DNA of 64,000 nucleotides, taken from NCBI GenBank assembly GCA_045617885.1, contig JAZLJN010000002.1, forward strand, positions 10,184-74,183, written 5' to 3'. The translations under genes were made by a program, and so were the position numbers. Below are positions 20,130-28,555 of this stretch, one piece after another (the stretch's first letter is position 1; every line of letters begins with the position of its first letter). Below the pieces are notes generated by a model, which saw only the letters and a list, made by a program, of their open reading frames with translations, was not told where the DNA came from and did no database searches. This stretch comes from Bacteroidales bacterium. GTDB taxonomy: Bacteria; Bacteroidota; Bacteroidia; Bacteroidales; UBA3663.

Positions 20130-21137
20130 ATGGCAACACTGAATATATGTAAATTGCACTTCTCGTCACCGTTGCATATTGGTGATCAGAAGAACGATGA
20201 TTATGGCATAAGCCTGAAGACCATCTCTTCTGATACGATGTATGCAGCTATGACTGCGGTACTTGCAAAATCAGGTGTCGGCCTTCCTGATGATGGTAAT
20301 CTGGGATTTACAATCAGTAGCCTTTTCCCGTATTATCAAAAGTCATCAGATTCATCATCGGTCTTTTTCTTCCCACAACCTTTGCAGACAAGATTGCCGC
20401 AGCTGAAAGATCTTGGTGTAAGAAAAAAGGTAAAGAAAGTCAAATGGCTCGACACAGGTTATTTTGAAAAGGTGCTGAAAGGAGAACATCTTTTTGAAGA
20501 TTGCGACAGTACGGACATAAAATGCATACATGGTGAGTATCTTTCCGACCAGTTTGTTCCTAACGACTTCATCGGTAGTCAGGTTATTCAGCGAGTTACA
20601 TTACAATCAAGAGTTGGAGAGAAAGACGCTTTGCCTTATTATGTAGATAGAGTGTCTTTTAAGGATTATTCAGGTCTGTACTTCATTGTAGAGGGCGACA
20701 CAGCAATGTTAGATCAAGCATTGGCTTTATTGAGCCTTGAAGGTATAGGTACGGATCGAAACGTCGGTAATGGATTCTTTGACTATGAGATGACGACATT
20801 ATCATTGGATGTCCCTCAGAGATCAGAATATGCTGTATCATTATCGCTATTGATGCCAGAGTCAAAAGAAGAGTTCGAAAAACTGATCGCATCAGATAAG
20901 GTAGCCTATGATATTGAGCGACGAGGTGGGTGGATAACTACTTACCCATTTCAGCGATTGCGAAAGAATGCGATTTATGGATTCACTCCAGGAAGTGTGT
21001 TCTGCAAAGAATCGGACGGACTTCAATCTATTGGCCGCATCGTTGATCTTCGCCCCAATGTAGAATTTACGAGCGAGAAGCTCCACCCTATCTGGCGTTC
21101 TGGCAAGGCTTTATTACTACCTATTATCATTGAGTAA
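20130..21137 (+). CDS. csm4: Csm4 (Cas5-family RAMP)
   Basis: 335 aa with MATLNICKLHFSSPLHIGDQ and SDTMYAAM N-terminal motifs and GIGTDRNVGNGFF glycine-rich loops. Confidence 0.85.
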   Translation: MATLNICKLHFSSPLHIGDQKNDDYGISLKTISSDTMYAAMTAVLAKSGVGLPDDGNLGFTISSLFPYYQKSSDSSSVFFFPQPLQTRLPQLKDLGVRKKVKKVKWLDTGYFEKVLKGEHLFEDCDSTDIKCIHGEYLSDQFVPNDFIGSQVIQRVTLQSRVGEKDALPYYVDRVSFKDYSGLYFIVEGDTAMLDQALALLSLEGIGTDRNVGNGFFDYEMTTLSLDVPQRSEYAVSLSLLMPESKEEFEKLIASDKVAYDIERRGGWITTYPFQRLRKNAIYGFTPGSVFCKESDGLQSIGRIVDLRPNVEFTSEKLHPIWRSGKALLLPIIIE

Positions 21138-21139
21138 TT

Positions 21140-22876
21140 ATGGAAGTCAATAGAAAATACTACATACAGTTTACAGTAGTTACTCCACTTTGTGTTGGAG
21201 CTGGTAACGAAGCAGAATGGGTGAAATGTGCTGACTATGTAATTAAGGACAGGAAGGTTTATGTCCTTGACTTGCATCGTGTAGCAGATTCTGGGATAGA
21301 TATGTCTCAGTTAAGTATTCTTTTTGTCAACCAAGATCATGACGGTATCGTCAAACTTCTTGGCAACAAGATTAAGATTGTTTCTGCCAGCGTCTTCGAT
21401 CTTCCATGTGATACAGATAATAATATCAAGTCTTTTGAACGAAGTCAGCTTCATAATCTTCCTGTAGTTGCTGGCAGTTCTTTGAAGGGAGCAATACGTT
21501 CTGTTTTGTTTCAGTACTTACGTCAGGATGAAACAAAGAATGAATCAGTTTTCGGTACGATGAATGACGGTACGGATTTTATGCGATTCATAAAGGTCGG
21601 AGATATTGAAATGCCAAAGACGGAGTTATATAATTCCAAGATCTTCAATCTGCATACAGAAGATGGTTCTTGGCATGGCGGTTGGAAACATGCTTTGACT
21701 AATGGTACTAAAGACTATTATAGGTCAACAGGCTTTAATTCTCTTTATGAATGTGTTTCACCGAACAAGTCGGGAGTAGGAACAATCATGCTTAGCCCGT
21801 TGCTTTTTAAGAAAGTATTGGAACGTAGTAACACGATACCTTTTGCTGCCCCCAAACAGAAGATCCTTAATGATGATATAAAAACGCTGTTTTCTATTAT
21901 CAATCAGTTTACAAAGCAATATCTCGAAAAGGAGCGTGAATTCTTTGTTCAGTATCCTGCCGATCGGTCGGAACAGATTGTCGAAAGTATTGATCAGCTG
22001 ATGGCATCTATTCCAGCAGATAACTCTTCGTGTCTGCTGAAAATGTCTGCAGGTGTAGGATTCCATGCCATCACAGGTGACTGGATGCACGAATCTTATA
22101 CAGAAGGGATCTTTGATAGAAAAAGAAACAAAGACAATGATACGCTTCCAAAATCCAGAAAAATAGTAGAGACAAAAGATGGTCTCTCATTCATGGGTTT
22201 TGTAAGACTTTCTTCCGTTGACCAAGAGACATACGAAGAACATCTTGACCGAATTATTACTGAGTATAATAGTCGGATGCAAGACGTCCTCAATCAAAAG
22301 GATGCGAAAAAAGCAGCAGCAGAGGCTCAAAGAATTGCTCTTGTAGAAAAAGAGAGGCAGTATAATGTATTGCTAGCGGAGGCTCTTGCTGCAGAACAAT
22401 CGGAAGACTTCATCTTAGCGCTAGACAAAGCTCGTAAAGCTGCTGAATTGTTCCCAGTCAGGAAGGAACCTCAAGAACTCATCTCTCGATCAGAGACTAA
22501 GGCTGCAGAGCAAAAGTTGAGACAGGCTCAGGCTTCAGCAGAGGCGGCAATGGCCAAGATTCGCGAGGAGAAGGCTTCTGGAGGATTATCTGCTCTTTTG
22601 AATGAGAAGTATGAACAGGGTCCGAACGAAGGCAAGTATAAGGTTCTTACTTTTAAGGTCTGTCTGCAAAAGGTCTCTTCTTGGATGAAAGCTGCAGGAG
22701 TGACGACATTGCCAGAAGATCAAACTCCCGCGCTTATCGAAACTGTTGAACGTTTGATTGCCAATCCGGATAAGAAAGAATCCCGCGATATTGAGAATCG
22801 AAAGAGTAGTATCTGGAAGAAGATAGAGGAGCTGCTTTCTTGTCAGCAGGCGGATGAGTTGTATGCTAAGAAATAA
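21140..22876 (+). CDS. csm5: Csm5 (Cas7-like RAMP) fused to a C-terminal extension of about 215 aa (helical A/E/K-rich)
   Basis: 578 aa. The RAMP core carries TPLCVGAG and PVVAGSSLKGAIRSVLF and ends near ...LSFMGFVRL (about residue 360). Residues 361-578 (22220-22873) are coiled-coil-like plus a small terminal domain. Confidence 0.8.
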   Translation: MEVNRKYYIQFTVVTPLCVGAGNEAEWVKCADYVIKDRKVYVLDLHRVADSGIDMSQLSILFVNQDHDGIVKLLGNKIKIVSASVFDLPCDTDNNIKSFERSQLHNLPVVAGSSLKGAIRSVLFQYLRQDETKNESVFGTMNDGTDFMRFIKVGDIEMPKTELYNSKIFNLHTEDGSWHGGWKHALTNGTKDYYRSTGFNSLYECVSPNKSGVGTIMLSPLLFKKVLERSNTIPFAAPKQKILNDDIKTLFSIINQFTKQYLEKEREFFVQYPADRSEQIVESIDQLMASIPADNSSCLLKMSAGVGFHAITGDWMHESYTEGIFDRKRNKDNDTLPKSRKIVETKDGLSFMGFVRLSSVDQETYEEHLDRIITEYNSRMQDVLNQKDAKKAAAEAQRIALVEKERQYNVLLAEALAAEQSEDFILALDKARKAAELFPVRKEPQELISRSETKAAEQKLRQAQASAEAAMAKIREEKASGGLSALLNEKYEQGPNEGKYKVLTFKVCLQKVSSWMKAAGVTTLPEDQTPALIETVERLIANPDKKESRDIENRKSSIWKKIEELLSCQQADELYAKK

Positions 22877-22961
22877 GATAAATCTGTATCCTGTGTCTTT
22901 GAATCGCAGGATACAGATTTTGGAAATTTGAATAGCAGAATACTATTTGCTTTCTTATTCT

Positions 22962-23133
22962 TTTGTGAAATAAATGTATATGTATATTTGCCCACTCATT
23001 TTGATAATAAGAAAGTAGCATTTTGCTACAATTTCCCAAAATGATAGGTACATAATTAGTCTTATTAAGTTCTCGGATTTCTTTGAGATAGTCAATGTTT
23101 TGATTAGAAATCAATGTTTTATGTGTTTCGGCT
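22962..23133 (+). promoter_or_regulatory. Promoter and leader of CRISPR array 1
   Basis: TTTG at 22962-22965 and TATATTTG at 22983-22990. The last 119 nt (23015-23133) match the array-2 leader at 115 of 119 positions. The distance from the -7 box to the first repeat is the same as for array 2. Confidence 0.7.
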
Positions 23134-24198
23134 GTCCGAGACTATGTTCCATTAAAATAAGGATTAAGACTGATGTCAAGGAGGCTCTCGTACTCAAACC
23201 TCTTTTTGGTCCGAGACTATGTTCCATTAAAATAAGGATTAAGACAGAATTAAAGTGAAACGATGTGATAAGAAAGATGCACGTCCGAGACTATGTTCCA
23301 TTAAAATAAGGATTAAGACGGACGAAGTTCCTTCATAGCCTCTACTACAAGTAAGGTCCGAGACTATGTTCCATTAAAATAAGGATTAAGACGATTGGGG
23401 TGTAGATAACTGTTGTTTCCATAATGCGTCCGAGACTATGTTCCATTAAAATAAGGATTAAGACCGTGGCAAAACGTCTTTCTGCATCATGATAACGTTG
23501 TCCGAGACTATGTTCCATTAAAATAAGGATTAAGACCAGCAGTCGGAGCAACGCCCGACACAATAGCGTTTGCGTCCGAGACTATGTTCCATTAAAATAA
23601 GGATTAAGACATCACTGTGTAAGCAGAAACGAAGAAAGGAGCGATGTCGTCCGAGACCATGTTCCATTACAATAAGGATTAGGACATCTTTAACGAACTT
23701 TGTTGCAGCAGCTTTGTCAGTCCGAGACTATGTTCCATTACAATAAGGATTAAGACTAGCGCCAAAGACGCTTGAGCTGATAGACATGGCAGTCCGAGAC
23801 TATGTTCCATTACAATAAGGATTAAGACACAATAACAGCAATAAACATGAGCATTAAAGATTTCAGTCCGAGACTATGTTCCATTACAATAAGGATTAAG
23901 ACGTGGAAACAGCCCTTGCTGTTTGACTGACCTACAGCGTCCGAGACCATGTTCCATTACAATAAGGATTAAGACAACTTTGCTGTTGTATAATCTCGAC
24001 CTTCGATGCTGTTGCAAATGTCCGAGACCATGTTCCATTACAATAAGGATTAAGACCAGAAAACCAGAGTAAACACATTGCGACGATATTTCGTCCGAGA
24101 CCATGTTCCATTACAATAAGGATTAAGACAGAATAGTGACTGCTCGCATCTTCTTGTCCTTTAACTGGTTCATGTTCCATTAAACCAAAGATAATTCT
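23134..24198 (+). CRISPR. CRISPR array 1: 14 full 37-nt repeats plus one degenerate terminal repeat
   Basis: Repeat consensus is GTCCGAGAC[T/C]ATGTTCCATTA[A/C]AATAAGGATTAAGAC. Repeat starts are 23134, 23209, 23283, 23356, 23428, 23500, 23574, 23649, 23720, 23792, 23866, 23939, 24020 and 24093. Spacer lengths are 38, 37, 36, 35, 35, 37, 38, 34, 35, 37, 36, 44 and 36 nt. The decayed repeat at 24162-24198 keeps the core CATGTTCCATTAAA. The 3' end ATTAAGAC resembles the 8-nt crRNA tag of Cas6-processed repeats. Confidence 0.97.
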
Positions 24199-24213
24199 TA
24201 ATGCCAGAAAGAT

Positions 24214-25200
24214 ATGGATTTAGTACTTAATACATTTGGGACATCTTTGAATAGAGATAACCAAGGCTTTGTCATCACCAATCAGGACGGAAGACAACGT
24301 ATTCCGGCCCAAGGTATCAGGAGCATTCAAATAGGTAAGGGGGCACAGATAACCAGTGATGCGGTGATGTTGGCTATCGACAATGAAATAGACATTGTTT
24401 TTACCGATCGCTCAGGTATGCCCAAGGGAAGAATCTGGAGTCCACAATATGGATCAATCTCCACTATCCGTAAGGGACAGTTGGCATTCACTATGTGCTC
24501 CGATGCATTAACTTGGATAAAGGAAATCTTAGTTCAAAAAATCTCAAATCAGCAAGCTTTGCTTTTGATGCTTCCTGAACCACAAGATCAATATGTATCT
24601 CTAAAGCAGCAGCATGCCATTGAGAAACTAGAGAATTTCCGGACAAAGATAAGTCAAATCAATGAACCCCAGTTGGTATGTGATGAGGCTTCAACACTAC
24701 GAGGTTTGGAGGGAATGGCATCGAAGTTATACTTTGAGACCATCAATTTATTTTTGCCAGAAGAATATCGTTATGAGGGTCGCTCCCAACATCCCGCAAT
24801 GGATGCTTTTAACGCCTTCCTGAATTATGGTTACGGCATACTGTATTCCAAGATTGAGGGAGAATTGATCAAGGCTGGGGTAGATCCCTACATCGGTATT
24901 TTGCATCGTGATGACTACAACCGCCCGGTACTTGTATTTGATGTGATTGAAATCTATCGTATCTGGGTGGATTATGTAGTATGTAATCTGATGCTACAGA
25001 AAGTAGTGACCGACGAGTTCTACTCCGTGCAGGAAGATGGATCATATTGGCTGGAGACACTGGGTAGAAGAGTATTGATTCAATCGCTTAATGACTATTT
25101 AGAGGAAATTGTCAAAGTTAAAGGGTTAAGCCGATCGCGTAATACACAGATACAACTGTATGCCCAGGATCTGGCACAGCGGTTCAAGAAATATCAATAG
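24214..25200 (+). CDS. cas1: CRISPR integrase Cas1
   Basis: 328 aa with the conserved block HPAMDAFNAFLNYGYGILYSKIEGELIKAGVDPYIGILHRDDYNRPVLVFDVIEIYR. Confidence 0.95.
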   Translation: MDLVLNTFGTSLNRDNQGFVITNQDGRQRIPAQGIRSIQIGKGAQITSDAVMLAIDNEIDIVFTDRSGMPKGRIWSPQYGSISTIRKGQLAFTMCSDALTWIKEILVQKISNQQALLLMLPEPQDQYVSLKQQHAIEKLENFRTKISQINEPQLVCDEASTLRGLEGMASKLYFETINLFLPEEYRYEGRSQHPAMDAFNAFLNYGYGILYSKIEGELIKAGVDPYIGILHRDDYNRPVLVFDVIEIYRIWVDYVVCNLMLQKVVTDEFYSVQEDGSYWLETLGRRVLIQSLNDYLEEIVKVKGLSRSRNTQIQLYAQDLAQRFKKYQ

Positions 25201-25256
25201 ATACAGTCTATAAGATTAGAAGGCATTTTGCACATTATTAATATATATATATAGGT

Positions 25257-26288
25257 ATGTTATCAGCAGGAAGTAATATTCAGTCATTGACGGATGCTTT
25301 GAAACCTATCAGTGTGGAGCATCTGTATCAGAGCCTGGTGTCTCCAAAAGCAGATGTTGAGGCAAAAATCAGGCAATTGAGAATCGTCAGGCAAATCGAT
25401 GCCAAACTCTATGCGCGCAATAAGAAACTGCTGCCCTTCTTTGTGTGTGCTACGTTCAATCCTGCCATACGTCGCACAGAGAATTTTGCCTATACCTCTT
25501 ACTTTGTAGTCGATCTTGATAATCTGGCAGAGCGTCAGTTGGACCTACAGACTTTACGCAACTGGTTAGAAACGGATCCTCGTGTACTACTTTCTTTTAT
25601 ATCTCCCAGTGAAGATGGATTGAAAGTGTTGTTCCGACTCAAAGAGCGCTGCTATGATGCTGGGCTTTATAAGGTATTTTATCAGGAATTTGTACGCAGA
25701 TTCTCACAACAATATCATTTGGAGCAAGTCGTTGACAGCAAGACATGTGACGTATGCAGGGCTTGCTTTATAAGCATTGATACCAATGCATATTATAATC
25801 AGGATGCAGAACCCGTAGATATCAACGATTACTTGAAAGCAGATGATGCCACGGCTTTGTTTGATATGAAGCACGAGCAGGATAGAGCTAACAAAGAAGT
25901 GGATAAACTGCAGAAGGAGGAAAAAGCAGCTGGACCAGCAGAACCTGCTGATGATGAGCTGTCACATATCAAGGAATTGCTTCAGATGCAGCGCCAACGT
26001 ATGCCTCAGATACCAAGATTGCCTATTTATGTCCCTGAACGATTGGACCAGATTATGGATGGATTATGCTCATTCGTTGATGACCAGGGAATGAAGATAT
26101 ATGATATACAGAATATTCAATATGGTAAGAAGATACGGGGTAAATTGGGAAATCGGCTGGCGGAAGTAAATCTTTTCTATGGAAAAAAGGGATTCCGTAT
26201 TGTTCAGACGGTAAAAGGAATTCTTTCTCCTGAATTAAATGAGATATTGGCTGAATTGATACAGATATATCTACGGTTAAACACCTGA
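25257..26288 (+). CDS. Primase-polymerase (AEP/Prim-Pol, BT4734/VirE-N-like); CRISPR-associated Prim-Pol (CAPP)-like
   Basis: 343 aa encoded between cas1 and cas2. It has AEP motif I YFVVDLD (DLD at 25512-25520), a motif II-like SPSEDGLKVLF, and a motif III-like DVCRACFISIDTNAYYN. Confidence 0.65.
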   Translation: MLSAGSNIQSLTDALKPISVEHLYQSLVSPKADVEAKIRQLRIVRQIDAKLYARNKKLLPFFVCATFNPAIRRTENFAYTSYFVVDLDNLAERQLDLQTLRNWLETDPRVLLSFISPSEDGLKVLFRLKERCYDAGLYKVFYQEFVRRFSQQYHLEQVVDSKTCDVCRACFISIDTNAYYNQDAEPVDINDYLKADDATALFDMKHEQDRANKEVDKLQKEEKAAGPAEPADDELSHIKELLQMQRQRMPQIPRLPIYVPERLDQIMDGLCSFVDDQGMKIYDIQNIQYGKKIRGKLGNRLAEVNLFYGKKGFRIVQTVKGILSPELNEILAELIQIYLRLNT

Positions 26289-26293
26289 TCCCG

Positions 26294-26779
26294 ATGCCAC
26301 GCAAACCCAAACCACCGCTTTCTGCGGCAGAGATACTTGAAAAGATAAGAGCAGCAGGATTGTCTGATACGAATGTAATACGAGATAATACGCTGCCTGG
26401 TGCTTCTCAGTTAGAGAGCCTTGATGTCAGACTCCAGCACATTCTTAGTCTGACAACCAACAGACAATCTAAACATAATGGTATGTTATTCTTTGTAATG
26501 TATGATATAGAAAGCAATAAGGTACGTAACCTGGTGGCAAAATACTTGATCCGCCAGGGATGCTTTCGGATTCAGCATTCTATTTATCTGGCCGATATGC
26601 CATGTGACAAATGTGACCAAATTAAGGAAGATCTGGCTCAGGTGCAAGCTGCCTATGATAATCATGATAGTATTCTGGTGGTACCCATTTCTACAGACTA
26701 CCTCCGGTCTATGCGTGTCATCGGACGTGCTTTAGATGTAGAGGTAATCATGCATTCCCAGAACACATTGTTCTTTTAA
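26294..26779 (+). CDS. cas2: Cas2 with an N-terminal extension of about 60 aa
   Basis: 161 aa. The Cas2 core begins at MLFFVMYDIESNKVRNLVAKYLIRQGCFRIQHSIYLAD. Residues 1-62 (MPRKPKPPLSAAEILEKIRAAGL...) are extra. Confidence 0.85.
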   Translation: MPRKPKPPLSAAEILEKIRAAGLSDTNVIRDNTLPGASQLESLDVRLQHILSLTTNRQSKHNGMLFFVMYDIESNKVRNLVAKYLIRQGCFRIQHSIYLADMPCDKCDQIKEDLAQVQAAYDNHDSILVVPISTDYLRSMRVIGRALDVEVIMHSQNTLFF

Positions 26780-26792
26780 TAGCTTTCAGTTT

Positions 26793-28310
26793 ATGTCACG
26801 CACCGATATCAAAAAACTTCAGCAACAAGGGCGTCTTGAAGAGGCTCTTGAGCTGGCAATGAACCAATATACACTGAATCCTAATGCTCTATGGGCAAGG
26901 ACCGATTTGGCATGGGTTTATGACGCGATGTGTAAGAAATCTGCAGCCGAAGGTAAAGTTGAGACGTTTGAAAATGCTTTCCGTCCTATTGCCAATTTAG
27001 GGCTGCTTACGACTGATCAAATGCTCAGCGAAACGCTCTGCTGGAGGTTCCGCTCACTTATGGCTACTTGTAGCGCAAAAATGGAAGCTTTGGATAAACC
27101 TGCGTTTGCTCAGCGGGTATGGGATATGGTTGGCTTGCTGGGAGCCTCACATCCATCAGAAGCCTACTCCGTTTTATGCAAAGCTTTTTATCATTTGCGG
27201 GACAACTGGATGGGCTTCATAGATTTCATGGATTGGTGGGGATGGCAGAACTTCAGACCAGAGGATTACCAGCAAGAGAAGCTGCCTAATGGGAAAACAA
27301 TGCCTATGTCATTGGTCGAAGGCTGTCATATCGCCTATGCAAAACTATTGTTACAGATGGGTGATAAAGATAGAATGTCAGCTTTCTTGCCTCGCCTTGA
27401 GTCTCTTGGAAATTCATATCCAAATATGCTTTATCCAGGTTACTATACAGGTAAGCTTCTGGTCGCAATAGGAGGAGATAAGAAAGCAATGCTTCAGTCT
27501 GTTTTACCATTTGTCAGGCAGAAGTCCGGAGAGTTTTGGGCTTGGCAACTTTTGGCTGAGATGGAGCAAGATGACGAATCTTTTTATATTGCCTGCCTGC
27601 TTAGAGCCGTTAACTGCAAGACAAAAGATGCCTTTTTGGTCAAAATCCTTTATTTGTTGACTAACCTGTCGCTTGCAAAACAAGATTTTGTGGCTGCCCG
27701 AACCTTTTTGTCCCGATATGTGTCATCAAAAATGGATTCTCAAAGCCGGATGCCTTCAGAAGTGTACCATTGGATGAATGAGGCTTGGTATAAAGATAGT
27801 AAAGTTCGGCAAACATCAAGTATTCTCCAACTGGACTATATGCAGATAACAGATGAACTTTTATTTGCTGATATGCCAGAGCACCCCTTATGTATAACTC
27901 ATATAATCAGTGAGGCAAGAATAGCAATGGTTGTGTATGGATATCAGAAAAGCGGACGCATCAGACTGCCTAAATCGATGAAACAAATAAATGTCGGAAC
28001 TTGTCTGCTGGCTCGCATAAAGGAGCCGGTGCCATCAAGCAATAACCTTACAACCTATTCTTTAAGGCAAGTAAGATGGAATGAATTGCCACCTACTACA
28101 TTTTTACGAACAATCGAAGGGAAGATTACTTCCAACCAAAGTAAAACTGCATTCTTCGTTAAATTTGGAAAAGAGTTCGCTTTCTTGCCAAAGTATTTGT
28201 ATAAAAACAAAGAGCTCAATGTGGATGAAAAAATCACTGCACAAATAGTTTATGACTATCAAAAGAACAAAGCATGCTGGTCCTGGCGGTGTATTTCAAT
28301 CAAATTTTAA
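26793..28310 (+). CDS. Uncharacterised 505-aa protein in the adaptation operon. The N-terminal region is TPR-like and helical; the C-terminal region is beta-rich and possibly OB/S1-like.
   Basis: It starts 13 nt after the cas2 stop on the same strand. The N-terminus reads GRLEEALELAMNQYTLNPNALWARTDLAWVYDAM and is helical-repeat-like. The C-terminus reads RIAMVVYGYQKSGRIRLP and GKITSNQSKTAFFVKFGKEFAFLPKYL. I recognised no catalytic motif. Confidence 0.5.
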   Translation: MSRTDIKKLQQQGRLEEALELAMNQYTLNPNALWARTDLAWVYDAMCKKSAAEGKVETFENAFRPIANLGLLTTDQMLSETLCWRFRSLMATCSAKMEALDKPAFAQRVWDMVGLLGASHPSEAYSVLCKAFYHLRDNWMGFIDFMDWWGWQNFRPEDYQQEKLPNGKTMPMSLVEGCHIAYAKLLLQMGDKDRMSAFLPRLESLGNSYPNMLYPGYYTGKLLVAIGGDKKAMLQSVLPFVRQKSGEFWAWQLLAEMEQDDESFYIACLLRAVNCKTKDAFLVKILYLLTNLSLAKQDFVAARTFLSRYVSSKMDSQSRMPSEVYHWMNEAWYKDSKVRQTSSILQLDYMQITDELLFADMPEHPLCITHIISEARIAMVVYGYQKSGRIRLPKSMKQINVGTCLLARIKEPVPSSNNLTTYSLRQVRWNELPPTTFLRTIEGKITSNQSKTAFFVKFGKEFAFLPKYLYKNKELNVDEKITAQIVYDYQKNKACWSWRCISIKF

Positions 28311-28380
28311 CTATTTCAATGACAAAAGCTACATAATTTCCACTTTATAATTACTAGATACTATTTTTCACTTCATATTA

Positions 28381-28555
28381 TTTGGTGAATGAAAAAAGAA
28401 TATGTATCTTTGTCCCACCTAATAATCATTGGTAATGTAGCATTTTGCTACAATTTCCCAAAATGATAGGTACATAATTAGTCTTATTTAGTTCTCGGAT
28501 TTCTTTGAGATAGTCAATGTTTTGATTAGAAATCAGAGTTTTATGTATTTCGGCT
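28381..28555 (+). promoter_or_regulatory. Promoter and leader of CRISPR array 2 (a duplicate of the array-1 unit)
   Basis: TTTG at 28381-28384 and TATCTTTG at 28405-28412. The 119-nt conserved leader spans 28437-28555. Confidence 0.7.

Noticed and set aside
16815-22876. Alternative classification of the effector module as type III-B or III-D, prompted by the HD-less Cas10
   Set aside because: The gene order and motifs fit cas10-csm2-csm3-csm4-csm5: a single Csm3-type Cas7, Csm4-type Cas5 and Csm5. I see no Cmr1/4/6 set, and no csx10/csx19 or multi-Cas7 pattern. I keep 'III-A-like' pending an HMM check.
23345-24180. ORF-track ORFs 23345-23563, 23874-24104 and 23932-24180 (minus strand) with reiterated LILI(L/V)MEH(S/G)LG peptides
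   Set aside because: They are translations of the CRISPR repeats of array 1. The periodic peptide simply mirrors the 37-nt repeat.
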